Shown piece by piece: positions 51,521-63,200 of a stretch of DNA of 64,000 nucleotides. Origin of the DNA: Eledone cirrhosa (taxonomy: Eukaryota). The stretch covers positions 117,924,001 to 117,988,000 of the forward strand of contig OZ024744.1 of the NCBI GenBank assembly GCA_964016885.1, read 5' to 3'. Position 1 is the first letter of the stretch. Every line of letters starts with the position of its first letter. A model generated the notes under the pieces. It ran no database searches and was not told the origin of the DNA. It saw nothing but the letters and a program-made list of their open reading frames with translations. The position numbers were made by a program, and so were the translations under genes.

Positions 51521-51978
51521 TCTCCCACATGAATGACGGAACACAGATAAACTGGAAAGAATAAATAAATAATCATAAGAGGAATAAAAATGTGGGAAGG
51601 AAAGAATGTTGCAGTCGTCATCTTCTTTTTCTTCTGTCTTTTTGTCTTTCTTCTTGTAAACATCTGTTACTGGTGCCATGACAGTTTCTCAGCTCACCCT
51701 GTCCACCATTCCCCTCTGAATTACCCCTGCCTCTAACCCAGTGTCATCTTCAAGAACATCCTTCAGCGTGATGCTGGTTGGTCTCTCAATTCATCTGCAC
51801 ACATCAGATTCATTGTGACATTTCATGTGTCTGTCAGCTAATGTCAGCCACCTACATGGTACCTACATGGTACCAACATGTAGTAATGTATATGATTGAT
51901 GATTGTTGGGTGAAAAGATTCTGAGTGACTCATGTAGTGTGAACCTGCAAGAGAATAAGCCTGGGGTGTGGGTGGTCA

Positions 51979-53455
51979 GTGGAAGTTGGTCTTGGGTGAC
52001 TGAACCTGAGGATGGAGTGGAAGTTGGTCTTGGGTGACTGAACCTGAGGATGGAGTAGAAGTTGGTCTTGGGTGACTGAACCTGGGGATGGAGTGGAAGT
52101 TGGTCTTGGGTGACTGAACCTGAGGATGGAGTAGAAGTTGGTCTTGGGTGACTGAACCTGAGGATGGAGTGGAAGTTGGTCTTGGGTGACTGAACCTGAG
52201 GATGGAGTGGAAGTTGGTCTTGGGTGACTGAACCTGGGGATGGAGTGGAAGTTGGTCTTGGGTGACTGAACCTGAGGATGGAGTAGAAGTTGGTCTTGGG
52301 TGACTGAACCTGGGGATGGAGTGGAAGTTGGTCTTGGGTGACTGAACCTGGGGATGGAGTGGAAGTTGGTCTTGGGTGACTGAACCTGAGGATGGAGTAG
52401 AAGTTGGTCTTGGGTGACTGAACCTGGGGATGGAGTGGAAGTTGGTCTTGGGTGACTGAACCTGAGGATGGAGTGGAAGTTGGTCTTGGGTGACTGAACC
52501 TGAGGATGGAGTGGAAGTTGGTCTTGGGTGACTGAACCTGGGGATGGAGTGGAAGTTGGTCTTGGGTGACTGAACCTGGGGATGGAGTGGAAGTTGGTCT
52601 TGGGTGACTGAACCTGAGGATGGAGTGGAAGTTGGTCTTGGGTGACTGAACCTGAGGATGGAGTGGAAGTTGGTCTTGGGTGACTGAACCTGAGGATGGA
52701 GTGGAAGTTGGTCTTGGGTGACTGAACCTGAGGATGGAGTGGAAGTTGGTCTTGGGTGACTGAACCTGGGGATGGAGTGGAAGTTGGTCTTGGGTGACTG
52801 AACCTGGGGATGGAGTGGAAGTTGGTCTTGGGTGACTGAACCTGAGGATGGAGTGGAAGTTGGTCTTGGGTGACTGAACCTGAGGATGGAGTGGAAGTTG
52901 GTCTTGGGTGACTGAACCTGAGGATGGAGTGGAAGTTGGTCTTGGGTGACTGAACCTGAGGATGGAGTGGAAGTTGGTCTTGGGTGACTGAACCTGGGGA
53001 TGGAGTGGAAGTTGGTCTTGGGTGACTGAACCTGGGGATGGAGTGGAAGTTGGTCTTGGGTGACTGAACCTGAGGATGGAGTGGAAGTTGGTCTTGGGTG
53101 ACTGAACCTGGGGATGGAGTGGAAGTTGGTCTTGGGTGACTGAACCTGGGGATGGAGTGGAAGTTGGTCTTGGGTGACTGAACCTGAGGATGGAGTGGAA
53201 GTTGGTCTTGGGTGACTGAACCTGAGGATGGAGTGGAAGTTGGTCTTGGGTGACTGAACCTGAGGATGGAGTGGAAGTTGGTCTTGGGTGACTGAACCTG
53301 GGGATGGAGTGGAAGTTGGTCTTGGGTGACTGAACCTGGGGATGGAGTGGAAGTTGGTCTTGGGTGACTGAACCTGAGGATGGAGTGGAAGTTGGTCTTG
53401 GGTGACTGAACCTGAGGATGGAGTGGAAGTTGGTCTTGGGTGACTGAACCTGAGG
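51979..53455. repeat. 38-bp tandem array (GGAAGTTGGTCTTGGGTGACTGAACCTG(A/G)GGATGGAGT), ~39 copies
   Basis: Visible; very homogeneous. Confidence 0.96.
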
Positions 53456-53759
53456 AAGAAATGACAAGGTTCTGTACTAAACGGTGAAACACTCTACTGG
53501 AGAAAATCTGTCTAATCCTTATGTTTTGCTATATTTTGCATGTATATCTATATAATTGATGTTCAATTAAATATAATTCAATAATTAATGTTAATTAATA
53601 ATACAAAAGAATGTTTGTTTTTCGAGGGAGCTCTCTTCTAATTACTAAATTTAAGATGTTTTCTTTTTTTCTTCTTTTTTTAAAGATACTTTTAGAAGCT
53701 TTTTTTCTGCAGCCATATTATATTTTGTTTAAATTCCTGACTTTTATTCTCCTCTTCAG

Positions 53760-53809
53760 GCATGTGAATATTGGATCAAATTACCAGGCAGAATTACCAC
53801 ATTTTACTA
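53760..53809 (+). CDS. ZNF541: ZNF541/TRERF1-like exon 9 (start of ELM2 domain)
   Basis: cttcag| ... A|gtcagt; (P)HVNIGSNYQAELP is the ELM2 signature. Confidence 0.9.
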
Positions 53810-54119
53810 GTCAGTATTTCTTTTTTTCCTCCTCCTTTCTTCTATTTTCTCCCAAGTATTCCTGGGAGGGTCATGGAGAGAAGGGTCCTCAAAAACTCCT
53901 TCCTGTGGGTCCTGTCAAAAGCAGCTATCTCCAATTGATCCGGCTGAATCCCAGATCTGATGGATGTTACCCAATGGTCTTACTCTGGGTTCCAAGTCAG
54001 CTCAACCTAATCCTTGGAAGTGGAATTTTCTTGATAGAAACTATGTAAACCAAATGACCTGTACCAATGTTGAGTGGTAGAAATTCTTTTTAAAAATTTG
54101 AACTTCATTGTCATTATTG

Positions 54120-54310
54120 ATGGCAGTAATCGGTAGAGGATCAGACATCCTTCTTTGTGACATATAGTTATGACCCTTTATGTTCTGAGTTCAAATCCCA
54201 CCCAGGTTAACTTTACCCTTCATCCTTATGGGGTTGATCAAATAAAGAACCAGTAATCAACTCTCCCTCCCCAAAAATTGCTGGCTTTGTGCCTAAATCA
54301 GAAACTATTA
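54120..54310 (+). mobile_element. SINE family A
   Basis: TGGCAGTAATCGGTAGAG...CTGAGTTCAAATCC...GGGGTTGATCAAATAAAG. Confidence 0.75.
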
Positions 54311-54554
54311 TTTTATATCAATTTTCCATTATTGTGTGGGTTGAACGGGTTTGTTTTATTTCATGGTTTCCACAGCTGTATTGCCTTCGCTAATACTAAC
54401 CATTTTACAGAATGTAGTAGGTGGATTCTTTTGTGGAACCAGCACTAGAGGAGTTATCAGGTCCTCAACAGGATCAGAGAGACCTCTCTATCTTACATTG
54501 CTTCAGTTTGATCATCAACTACTTTACACAAGGTGTGTGTTCCATTGTGACAGC

Positions 54555-54735
54555 AACACTACCACCTTACAGAGTGTACTGGGTGTATTTTATCATGACA
54601 CCAACACTACCACTTTACAGAGTGTACTGAGTGTATTTTATCATGGCACCAGCACTACCACTTTACAGAGTGTACAGGGTGTATTTTATCATGGCACCAG
54701 CATTACCACTTTACAGAGTGTACTGGGTGTATTTT
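54555..54735 (-). repeat. Diverged 48-bp repeat (3-4 copies)
   Basis: CCACTTTACAGAGTGTACTGGGT recurs. Confidence 0.8.
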
Positions 54736-54859
54736 ATGACATCAGCACTAGAGAGACTACCTTGTCCACTGCTGTTTAAAGAGACTTTACCATTCCATGT
54801 TGTTGCCAGACTTTGTCATAGTTACTTATAATATTACAGTGCTTTTATTGGTAGATAAG

Positions 54860-55162
54860 TGTCTTGTCTTATGCCATATCACCTGTCAACTTGGTCTTGT
54901 CTTATGCCATATCACCTGTCAGCTTGGTCTTGTCTTATGCCATATCACCTGTCAACTTGGTCTTGTCTTATGCCATATCACCTGTCAACTTGGTCTTGTC
55001 TTATGCCATATCACCTGTCAACTTGGTCTTGTCTTATGCCATATCACCTGTCAACTTGGTCTTGTCTTATGCCATATACCTGTCAACTTGGTTTGCTTTA
55101 TGCCATATCACCTGTCAACTTGGTCTTGTGTTATGCCATATCACCTGTCAACTTGGTCTTGT
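54860..55162. repeat. 33-bp tandem array (GTCTTGTCTTATGCCATATCACCTGTCAACTTG), ~9 copies
   Basis: Visible. Confidence 0.93.
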
Positions 55163-55399
55163 GTCATCTTCTTCAGTTTCTTGAGATAAGTCTTTTGTGT
55201 TATTTTGTCTTGTCTTCCTTGGGCTTTCTTTTATATAGGTTTTATCCACTTCAAGTAATTGGCACCTTTTAAATGCAGCTCTTCCTCCTTTTACACACCA
55301 CATGCTTATACCACCACAATCGTCTCCCTTGCACACTACATTCAATTCCTCTTATACAAACTACTATTATGATAGTTCTGATTATAACAGAAGACTGTT

Positions 55400-56100
55400 T
55401 ATGATTGTTTGAAACAACTAACTAAACATATCCTGAATGAGATCATTTTCAAGATCAATTGAATTGGGAACTGATCTGTTGTTGAGTGGGACAAGAAATG
55501 TCTTGTTACCTTTACGACATCTAAAACTCAACTGCTGCCTTTTAATAACCAGAGAGAATCACTTTTACCTTCCATTAGTAAGGATGATCATATCCTCCAA
55601 GAAAGCAATTCTATACATATTCTTTGTCTGACATTTTCCACTGATTTGAGCTGGAATCATTATATCACGTTGATTTCCAAGTCTACTCATCAGAGAGTTG
55701 CTTTATTCTATCATGCCAGAACATTTTTATACACCTGAAAATGTTTTACATCTATACCTATAAATTTACCATTCATCTCAGTTCCCTAGCATGGTCTCAG
55801 CCAGTCATCTAGAACAGGTTACAGAGTAATATTGGTCCTGATGTCAACTTCAATCACTATCACAACATCAAAATGTCTCTGTCTTTTTTATAAATATTTT
55901 CATGAGCTTTCTTCTTTGTTGCCTCATCTTCATGAGATTGGCAGCTAGGTCCCATCCATTTACAGTTGAAGTTCCTAAATATAATCACATTCTATTCTGA
56001 TAGTTTCTTCCATCTCACATCTCACCAATGGAATTCTCTTCTAGCTTCTTTCCTGACCACTTACAATTTGTAAAAATTCAAAAGCAGCATCAATCATCAT
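55400..56100 (+). mobile_element. Highly decayed CR1/L2-group LINE 3' fragment (tentative)
   Basis: Residual LSWNHYI, LQSLSQH and LFYKYFH-like segments. Confidence 0.4.
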
Positions 56101-56119
56101 CTCTTTCCTTAAATTACGT

Positions 56120-56728
56120 TCTGTCTTGTCCTTCCCCCTTCTCAGTAACCCCTTATATTTTAGTGGCTTTATTGTCTTACTTGGGACTATGTTCTCTCTG
56201 TCTTGTCCTTTCTCCTTCTCAGTAACCCCTTATATTTCAGTGACTTTATTGTCTTACTTGGGATTATGTTCTCTCTGTCTTGTCCTTCTCCCTTCTCAGT
56301 AACCCCTTATATTTTAGTGGCTTTATTGTCTTACTTGGGACTATGTTCTCTCTGTCTTGTCCTTCCTTCTTCTCAGTAACCCCTTATATTTCAGTGACTT
56401 TATTGTCTTACTTGGGACTATGTTCTCTCTGTCTTGTCCTTCTCCCTTCTCAGTAACCCCTTATATTTTAGTGGCTTTATTGTCTTACTTGGGACTGTTC
56501 TCTCTGTCTTGTCCTTCCCCCTTCTCAGTAACCCCTTATATTTTAGTAACTTTATTGTCTTACTTGGGACTATGTTCTCTCTGTTTTGTCCTTCTCCCTT
56601 CTCAGTAACCCCTTATATTTCAGTGACTTTATTGTCTTACTTAGGACTATGTTCTCTCTGTCTTGTCCTTCCCCTTTCTCAGTAACCCCTTATATTTTAG
56701 TGGCTTTATTGCCTTACTTGAGATTATG
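56120..56728. repeat. 77-bp tandem array (~8 copies)
   Basis: CAGTAACCCCTTATATTT at 56143, 56220 and onward. Confidence 0.93.
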
Positions 56729-56895
56729 TTCATTTGCCATTCTTGTATGCTAACATTACACATCCAGCCGAGTAGATCTAGCACAACCATTTTGTTTCTT
56801 GTTGCCTCATATATTGAGAAGAAAACTGATTCTGAGTTGATGGAGGGGTTCTTTCAGAAAATATACAATGTTAAAAACTATTCTACTTTCTTCAG

Positions 56896-56982
56896 GTAAT
56901 CGATTTGATGTTTCAATGCTGGAATCAAAAGAGGATCTTTTGTGGCACCCAAGAATATTAGATGACAAAAATGAGGAAGATG
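56896..56982 (+). CDS. ZNF541: ZNF541/TRERF1-like exon 10 (ELM2 middle)
   Basis: cttcag| ... G|gtaatt; NRFDVSMLESKEDLLWHPRILDDKNEED contains the ELM2 LLW.P motif; phase 1/1. Confidence 0.88.
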
Positions 56983-57009
56983 GTAATTTTTTGTAATTGT
57001 TTGCTTTTT

Positions 57010-57325
57010 TAGGTGCAGTCATAGCTGCATGGTTAAGGACTTCACTTCCTTGTGGTAAGGGTAATGTAATGGGTTCAATTCCTTGACTGGGTTGTGTGTT
57101 GTGTTCTTGAGCAAAACACTTCAGTTCATGTTGCTCCAGTATACTCAGCTGAAAATGAGTACCAGCAAGAGCTGGGGGTTTAACCATGTAATTGATTGGT
57201 GTCCTTTCCAGCAGGGAGTCTTGTACTCTCAGTTGCTTCATACCACAAAACTGGGATAAGCACCGGCCGATCTTAGCTAGATTCACAACCGCAGCGTGGA
57301 AGATAGACGTTAATGATGATGATGG
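57010..57325 (+). mobile_element. SINE family C with (TGA)n tail
   Basis: tRNA-like head (GGTTCAATTCC), CORE-like CTTGAGCAAAACACTT. Confidence 0.75.
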
Positions 57326-57589
57326 TTTGAGTTTAAGTCTCACTGTGTGGCACTTTGGACACGTGTCTTCTACTGTAGTCCTGGGTTGACTAAAATCTTG
57401 TGGGTGGAATTTGGTAGAGAGAAACTTCAGAAGCCTGTCATGTGAATGTGTGTGTGTGTATATATATATTGTTGCAGATGATAGGGTGCTTATACATGGA
57501 TGTTATGCTGTACCATCACAAAGATAAGCTGTTGGCATCACAAAAGGGTGGTAATACATGACCAGCAACATATCCCCATGATTGTATAA

Positions 57590-57640
57590 GCATCTGATGA
57601 AGTCACATGCATAACCATGTCACAGAAATATATATTATGC
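57590..57640 (+). ncRNA. Hammerhead-like motif, sense to the host gene
   Basis: GCAT CTGATGA a gtcACATG cataac CATGTcac a GAAA tatata TT ATGC: stems I and II plus palindromic stem III. Confidence 0.55.
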
Positions 57641-57699
57641 AATGAGGCAATATTGTTGAAGTAACCCTGTCTTAACAGCTTTTAATTAATATATATCTA

Positions 57700-58282
57700 T
57701 ATCATCATCATCATGACCATTTTACGTCCAGGAGTTGTCCTGTTGTAGGCAATGCTAGGTCAGGTAACCATATCTTGTTCATACAGAACTGATTTTTGTT
57801 TGGTCTCTACAGCTGGATGCCCTTACTACCACCAACATCATTTACAGTGTGTACTGGGTACACTTTGTCATGACACCTACATGACCATTTTACAGTGTGT
57901 ACTGGGTACTTTTTGTTGTGACACCTACATGACCACTTTATAGTGTGGACTGTGTACTTTTGGTTATGACACCTAGATGACCACTTTACAGTGTGTACTG
58001 GGTACTTTTTGTTGTGACACCTACATGACCACTTTACAGTGTGGACTGGTACTTTTTGTTGTGACACCTACATGACCACTTTACAGTGTGGACTGGGTAC
58101 TTTTTGTTGTGACAGCTTCATGACCACTTTACAGTGTGGACTGGTACTTTTTGTTGTGACACCTACATGACCACTTTACAGTGTGTACTGGGTACTTTTT
58201 GTTGTGACACCTACATGACCACTTTACAGTGTGTACTGGGTACTTTTTGTTGTGACAGCTACATGACCACTTTACAGTGTGG
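57700..58282 (-). repeat. RTE 3'UTR tail plus 48-bp array (~9 copies) in reverse orientation
   Basis: Reverse complement of the 45024-47470 structure. Confidence 0.92.
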
Positions 58283-58379
58283 CAGGAGGCTTCACTCTAT
58301 GTATACTTCAGCTTGACCGCATGGGGGATGTATGGGAGTGGGTGTGCTGGGGTGGTGCATTATATATATATATATATAT

Positions 58380-59580
58380 AAGCCAGATTGATTTCTCATC
58401 GTTAAACAATGATGATGAAGACAGATTGACTTCTTGCTAGTTCGGCAACGAGACAGATGGTGTCAAATACAGAGAAGAATATACCCCCAGCATAGGTTAG
58501 TCGTTAGTGACATCTCAGTAAGCAAGAGAAAGAATGAGACATACAGGAAGGTGTGGAGAAGAAAGGTCTGGAAGCTAAAAGACCTTTCACTAAAATACAA
58601 ATTTAGGAAAGCCCTTCAAGATGAGAATGACGAAAAAGAAGATTTAGAATCATATGACATAGATAATAACTGGAATTTCTTACATGACAACTTACTGCAG
58701 GCTACTGATGAAACTTGTGGCTGGAGCAGAGCTCCAACCAGACAGAGAGTGACCTGGTGGTGGAACAGCACAGTAGATAAGGCCATTAGAGACAAAAGAC
58801 TGGCATGGAAGGCTTGGAAAAAGGGTGGGAGTAGGCAAGAATATACAGCCACTAAGAGAGAAGCTAGACGCCAGGTGTACTAAGCACGCAGGGAGGCTGA
58901 GAGTAGGAGGTTTGCCAATGTCCTGTGACGGGAAGATAAGAGGCGTGCGGTGTTCCACATTGCAAGGCAGTGTGTCAATGCAAATCAGGATGTTGTTGGA
59001 GATAAATGTGTCCAAAATGATGCTGGTGTACTTAGTGTCACTGATGCTCAAAAAAAGGAGGCCTAGAAATGTCATTATGAGAGACTGATGAATGTGGAGA
59101 ACGAATGGGAGAGAGAGAAACTACCCCCAGTAGAGCTGACAGAGGGACCAGCTATTGAGATTGACGACTATAGGGTCCAAGTGGCAATTAAGGAAATGAA
59201 AAGAGGTAAGGCTGCTGGACCGTCAGGGATAGTTGCTGAGATGCTGAAGGCATCAGGGGACGTAGGCACTAAACTGGTTGCACGCATCATCAATCAGGCT
59301 ATATATGGTGGTGTCATACCCAAAGACTGGTGCAGCAGTATTCTCATAAATTGCTACAAAGGTAAAGGGGATGCTTTGGAGAGGAGCAATTATAGGGGCA
59401 TAAAGCTGATGGATCAGGTTATGAAAGTGGCAGAAAGGATATTAGCACAACTAATTAGAGAAAGGGTCAAACTAGATGAGATGCAGTTTGGTTTTGTGCC
59501 TGGCAAGAGTACAACAGATGCCCTCTTCTTGGTGAGACAATTAGAAGAGAGGTTCTTAGAGAAGAATAAGCCACTATATA
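58380..59580 (+). mobile_element. RTE LINE fragment (endonuclease end, linker, RT N-terminus)
   Basis: TWWWN, GKAAGPSGIVAEMLKASG, YKGKGDALERSNYRGIKL, QFGFVPGKSTTDA. Confidence 0.9.
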
Positions 59581-59594
59581 GCATATATTATATT

Positions 59595-59760
59595 AGGCCT
59601 TGTGCCTAAAGTAGAAACAATTATATTATTTATTATACGATCTGAGTTCAAATCACGCCGAAGTTGACTTTGCCTTTCATCCTTACGGGGTCGATAAAAT
59701 AAAGTACCAGTAATGTGCTGAATAATTGCTGGCCTTGTGCCTAAAGTAGAAACAATTATA
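59595..59760 (+). mobile_element. SINE family A fragments
   Basis: CTGAGTTCAAATC...GATAAAATAAAGTACCAG...AGTAGAAACAATTAT. Confidence 0.8.
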
Positions 59761-59977
59761 TTATTTATTATATATAAATTAACGATTTTATTTATTTTAT
59801 ATTATTTACAATTTGTGTAGGTAGGTCTCTCTGGAAATAGGGGTGGGGGGCCCTGAGAGTATTACGTGGCCGTGAGTGAGGTTGCCAAAAAGTTTGCGAA
59901 CCTCTGCTTCATAGCATCATTAACCGTTTTCCTCTGTTCATAAGCAAGAAATAATTTCTATTTTATTTGTATTTCAG

Positions 59978-60081
59978 TGCAATGCTACCAAAATCTTGCA
60001 AGTTCCTCCGCTGTTAAAGGAAATGGATCAAATGTAGAATATGCCATGCACCTTTTGTTCTTAGCACATGGAGACATTCAG
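59978..60081 (+). CDS. ZNF541: ZNF541/TRERF1-like exon 11 (ELM2 C-terminal helices); the gene continues beyond the window
   Basis: tttcag| ... CAG|gtacca; LASSSAVKGNGSNVEYAMHLLFLAHGDIQ resembles the ACSS..PGGGTN.E.ALH.L segment of this family. Confidence 0.9.
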
Positions 60082-60104
60082 GTACCATTCTTCTTATTAT
60101 TCCA

Positions 60105-60271
60105 GGGCGGTGAATTGGCAGTATCGGTAGAGGGTTGGACGCCATGCTTTCTAGCAGAGTTATGTCCCTTTGCAGTCTGAGTTCAAATCCTGCCGAGGTT
60201 AACTTTGCCTTTCATCCTTACGGGGTTGATAAAATAAAGTACCAGTAATGTACTGGGATAATTGCTGGCCA
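60105..60271 (+). mobile_element. SINE family A, about 24 nt downstream of the exon 11 donor
   Basis: Full head GGGCGGTGAATTGGCAGTATCGG; homologous body. Confidence 0.85.
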
Positions 60272-63200
60272 ATTATTATTATCATTTTTATTTTCTTTCA
60301 TTATTGTTCCTGAGATATATGCTGAGTGTCTTCCTGACACCTAGGGCAAATAAATTCGCAGTGTGCATTGGTAAGCCAGTTAATACAGCACATTGATTTT
60401 AAAAAAACAGTATACATATATACATGTGCATATGTAAATACAAGGAGGGATATCAATCTCACAGAGATAGTGTTCTTCTCAATACGTGTGCAGTACCAGT
60501 CAAAACAATTTTTTGCACCTCGTGCAGAGAAGGTAAACCAGGAATCATTCACAAATATTGTTCTGTTTCTTTCTTGATCATTCCCAGTCCTCCCACAATC
60601 ACTGGTATTGTAACGGCCTTGAGTTGCCACATTTTCTCCATTTCAATAAGCAGATCTTTATATTTTCGTAGCTTGTCAAATTCTTTTTCCGTGATATTGT
60701 GATCACATGGGATGCTCATATCTCAGACCTTGTTATGTTGATATTTTACATTGATGTCAGGTCTATTTGCTTTTATAGTCCTGTCAGTATGTACAGGAAA
60801 GTCCCAGAGAATTGTTACTTTTTCTCCTTCAGTTACAGCCTCATGGTGATGATTGTACCACTTGTCTTCAGCTTTGATTTTATGCCAACATATTACTCTG
60901 TAGATATTGGCCAATTCTGTCTATATTTGTACTCTACTGGGGCTAAACCTTTACATCCAGAAACTAAGTGATCCATTATTTCAACCCCAGCATTACAGAA
61001 TCGGCACTTTGGGTTTATTCCATTTCTCATCACATTGGCCTGGTAATTACGAGTCAATAAGCTTTGATCTTGGGCAGCTAAGATGAAGCCTTCACTCTCC
61101 GCCTTTAGCCCTGAACTACGTAGTTACTGATGGGTGTGCTTTTGGTCAACATCAGCTTGTTTGCTACGGGCCACATATTTGCCATGCAGAGGTTTCTGCT
61201 CCCAATTTGATGCTAATTGTCCTTGCTCTTTCGCTTTTGCCAGTGATTTTATGTGCCTAGCAGCATCAGTTGCAACAGTTTCTTTAGTCTGTCCAGCCTG
61301 GGTATCACGCATGAGATCAGTAGCATATTCTTTGCTCTCCTTCAAGATAGAATGAAGCTTCTTACTTCTCTCTTGCTTTTCAACAAGTTTCAGCATACAG
61401 TCGTTAGTTGTTTCAAGGTATTTGGCCAGTCCAATGATGGTGGTCTTGTAAGCAAGTTCAAATTGGATCAGGCCACAGCCTCCTTGAGTTCTAGGAAGGT
61501 AAAGACGATCCACATCTGCTTTTGGGTGGTGCATCCTATTACAGGTCAATAGCTTACTTTGGTGTCGATTCTTTTGATTTCACTCATATTCCAGTTCAAC
61601 ACACCGAAGCTATGTGACAACTGGGGCTGCTAAGGAATTTATGGCTAGCACCTTGTTATGAGCGTTTAGTTCTGATCTCAGAACTGCACGTACTCTCCTG
61701 TAACATTCTTTCCTTATCCTCTCTTTCATACTGTATGCCAGAGCCCTCATTAATCCCTAAGTATTTATAGGTTTGTTCCTGCTCAAGTTCCTTTATGATT
61801 TTTTCAGCATCCAATTCAACTGAGTCTGAGTTGACAAGCTTCCCCTTCTTGAAAGTGGCTTTTGCACACTTGTCAAGTCCAAACTCCATCCTGATGTCAT
61901 TGCTAAACGTTTTTACTGTCCGCAAAAGGCCTTCCAGTTCGTCATTATCTTTGCAATATAGCTTCAAATTATCCATATAAAATAGGTGGCTTATTTTTTG
62001 TTGTCAATTCTATAACCGTACCCTGTTTACCCTGTTCTATTAAGCTTGGATGTAAGGGGTATTAAAGCTATGCAGAAAAGCAAGGGTGAAAGTGAGTCAC
62101 CCTGGAATATACCACAGTTGATGTTTATATTCCTAGAGCACAGTACCCCCGTGGAATGAGACAATTGGAGATTTGTGTTCCATAATGACATATTATGTTT
62201 CAGGAAGTTGAGATCACAGGTGAGATTTTGAAGATGTCCAGTGATTTTAGAATCCATGAGTGTGGTATGCTGTCAAAGGCTTTTTTATAATCGATCCATG
62301 CAGAACTGAGATTTCTGTGTTTATTATGACAGTTCTCAAGGATCATACGATTAATCAAAAGTTGATCTTTGCAACCATATGAACCTCGTTGGCACCCTTT
62401 TTGTTCAATGGGAAAAAGATTCTTCTCCAAAAACACGTATGCTTTTTCCATGAGAATAGAGGTTAATAGTTTATAAGTGGTGGACAAGCAGGTTATGGGC
62501 CGATAATTTTTTGATCTTTGGTAGAAGGTAGGTAATGCCACTTGCTATCCAATCAGGTGTATTTTTGGATCTTTCATAATTCTATTAAACAGCTTGACCA
62601 ATATATTGAGTGCACGGGAGTGAGGAAAGCCAGAAATTTGGCACCCTGTCTCTACCAGGAGATTTCCATTTATGAGATTTATTGAGTGCTGTCCTTAAGT
62701 CCAGAGATGTCTTCCCACGCCTGTTCTTCTAAATTTGTGTAGGATTTTTCCAGGCGACTAATCCGATCTACATTAGCATTATATGTCTTCTCATCACTCC
62801 AAATCTTACTCCAGAAGTTTTCAACTTCAATAATTATTTTTACCTTCTCTACTTCTCTATAAAATGACTTGGCATTGGATGAGAACAACTTATTTTGCCT
62901 GTAGAAGTTTCGCTTCTCGAATCTACGAATTCGTTGGACTTTTTGTTTCAGAGATTCTTTTGTTGAAACTATTGCTTCTCTAGAAGACAGTCCATATTTT
63001 CTTTTTAGCCATCTTACCTTCTTGGATCTTATACCATTTCCAGCGGTTAACTCACTCAATAAAGATATTTCTCCTCTCATTACGTCAATCCCCTTTTCGA
63101 TTCTACTCCTCCAAATTGGTTTACCTCGAAGGTTCGACTTCTTTTGTTTTTTTTGGTGGTAAACAACTTGTTTCAATTACTCTAGCAGATGCATAAATGA

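Noticed and set aside
51863-53492. 534-aa and 520-aa - strand ORFs
   Set aside because: The 38-bp unit has no stop codon on that strand, so all frames are open by construction
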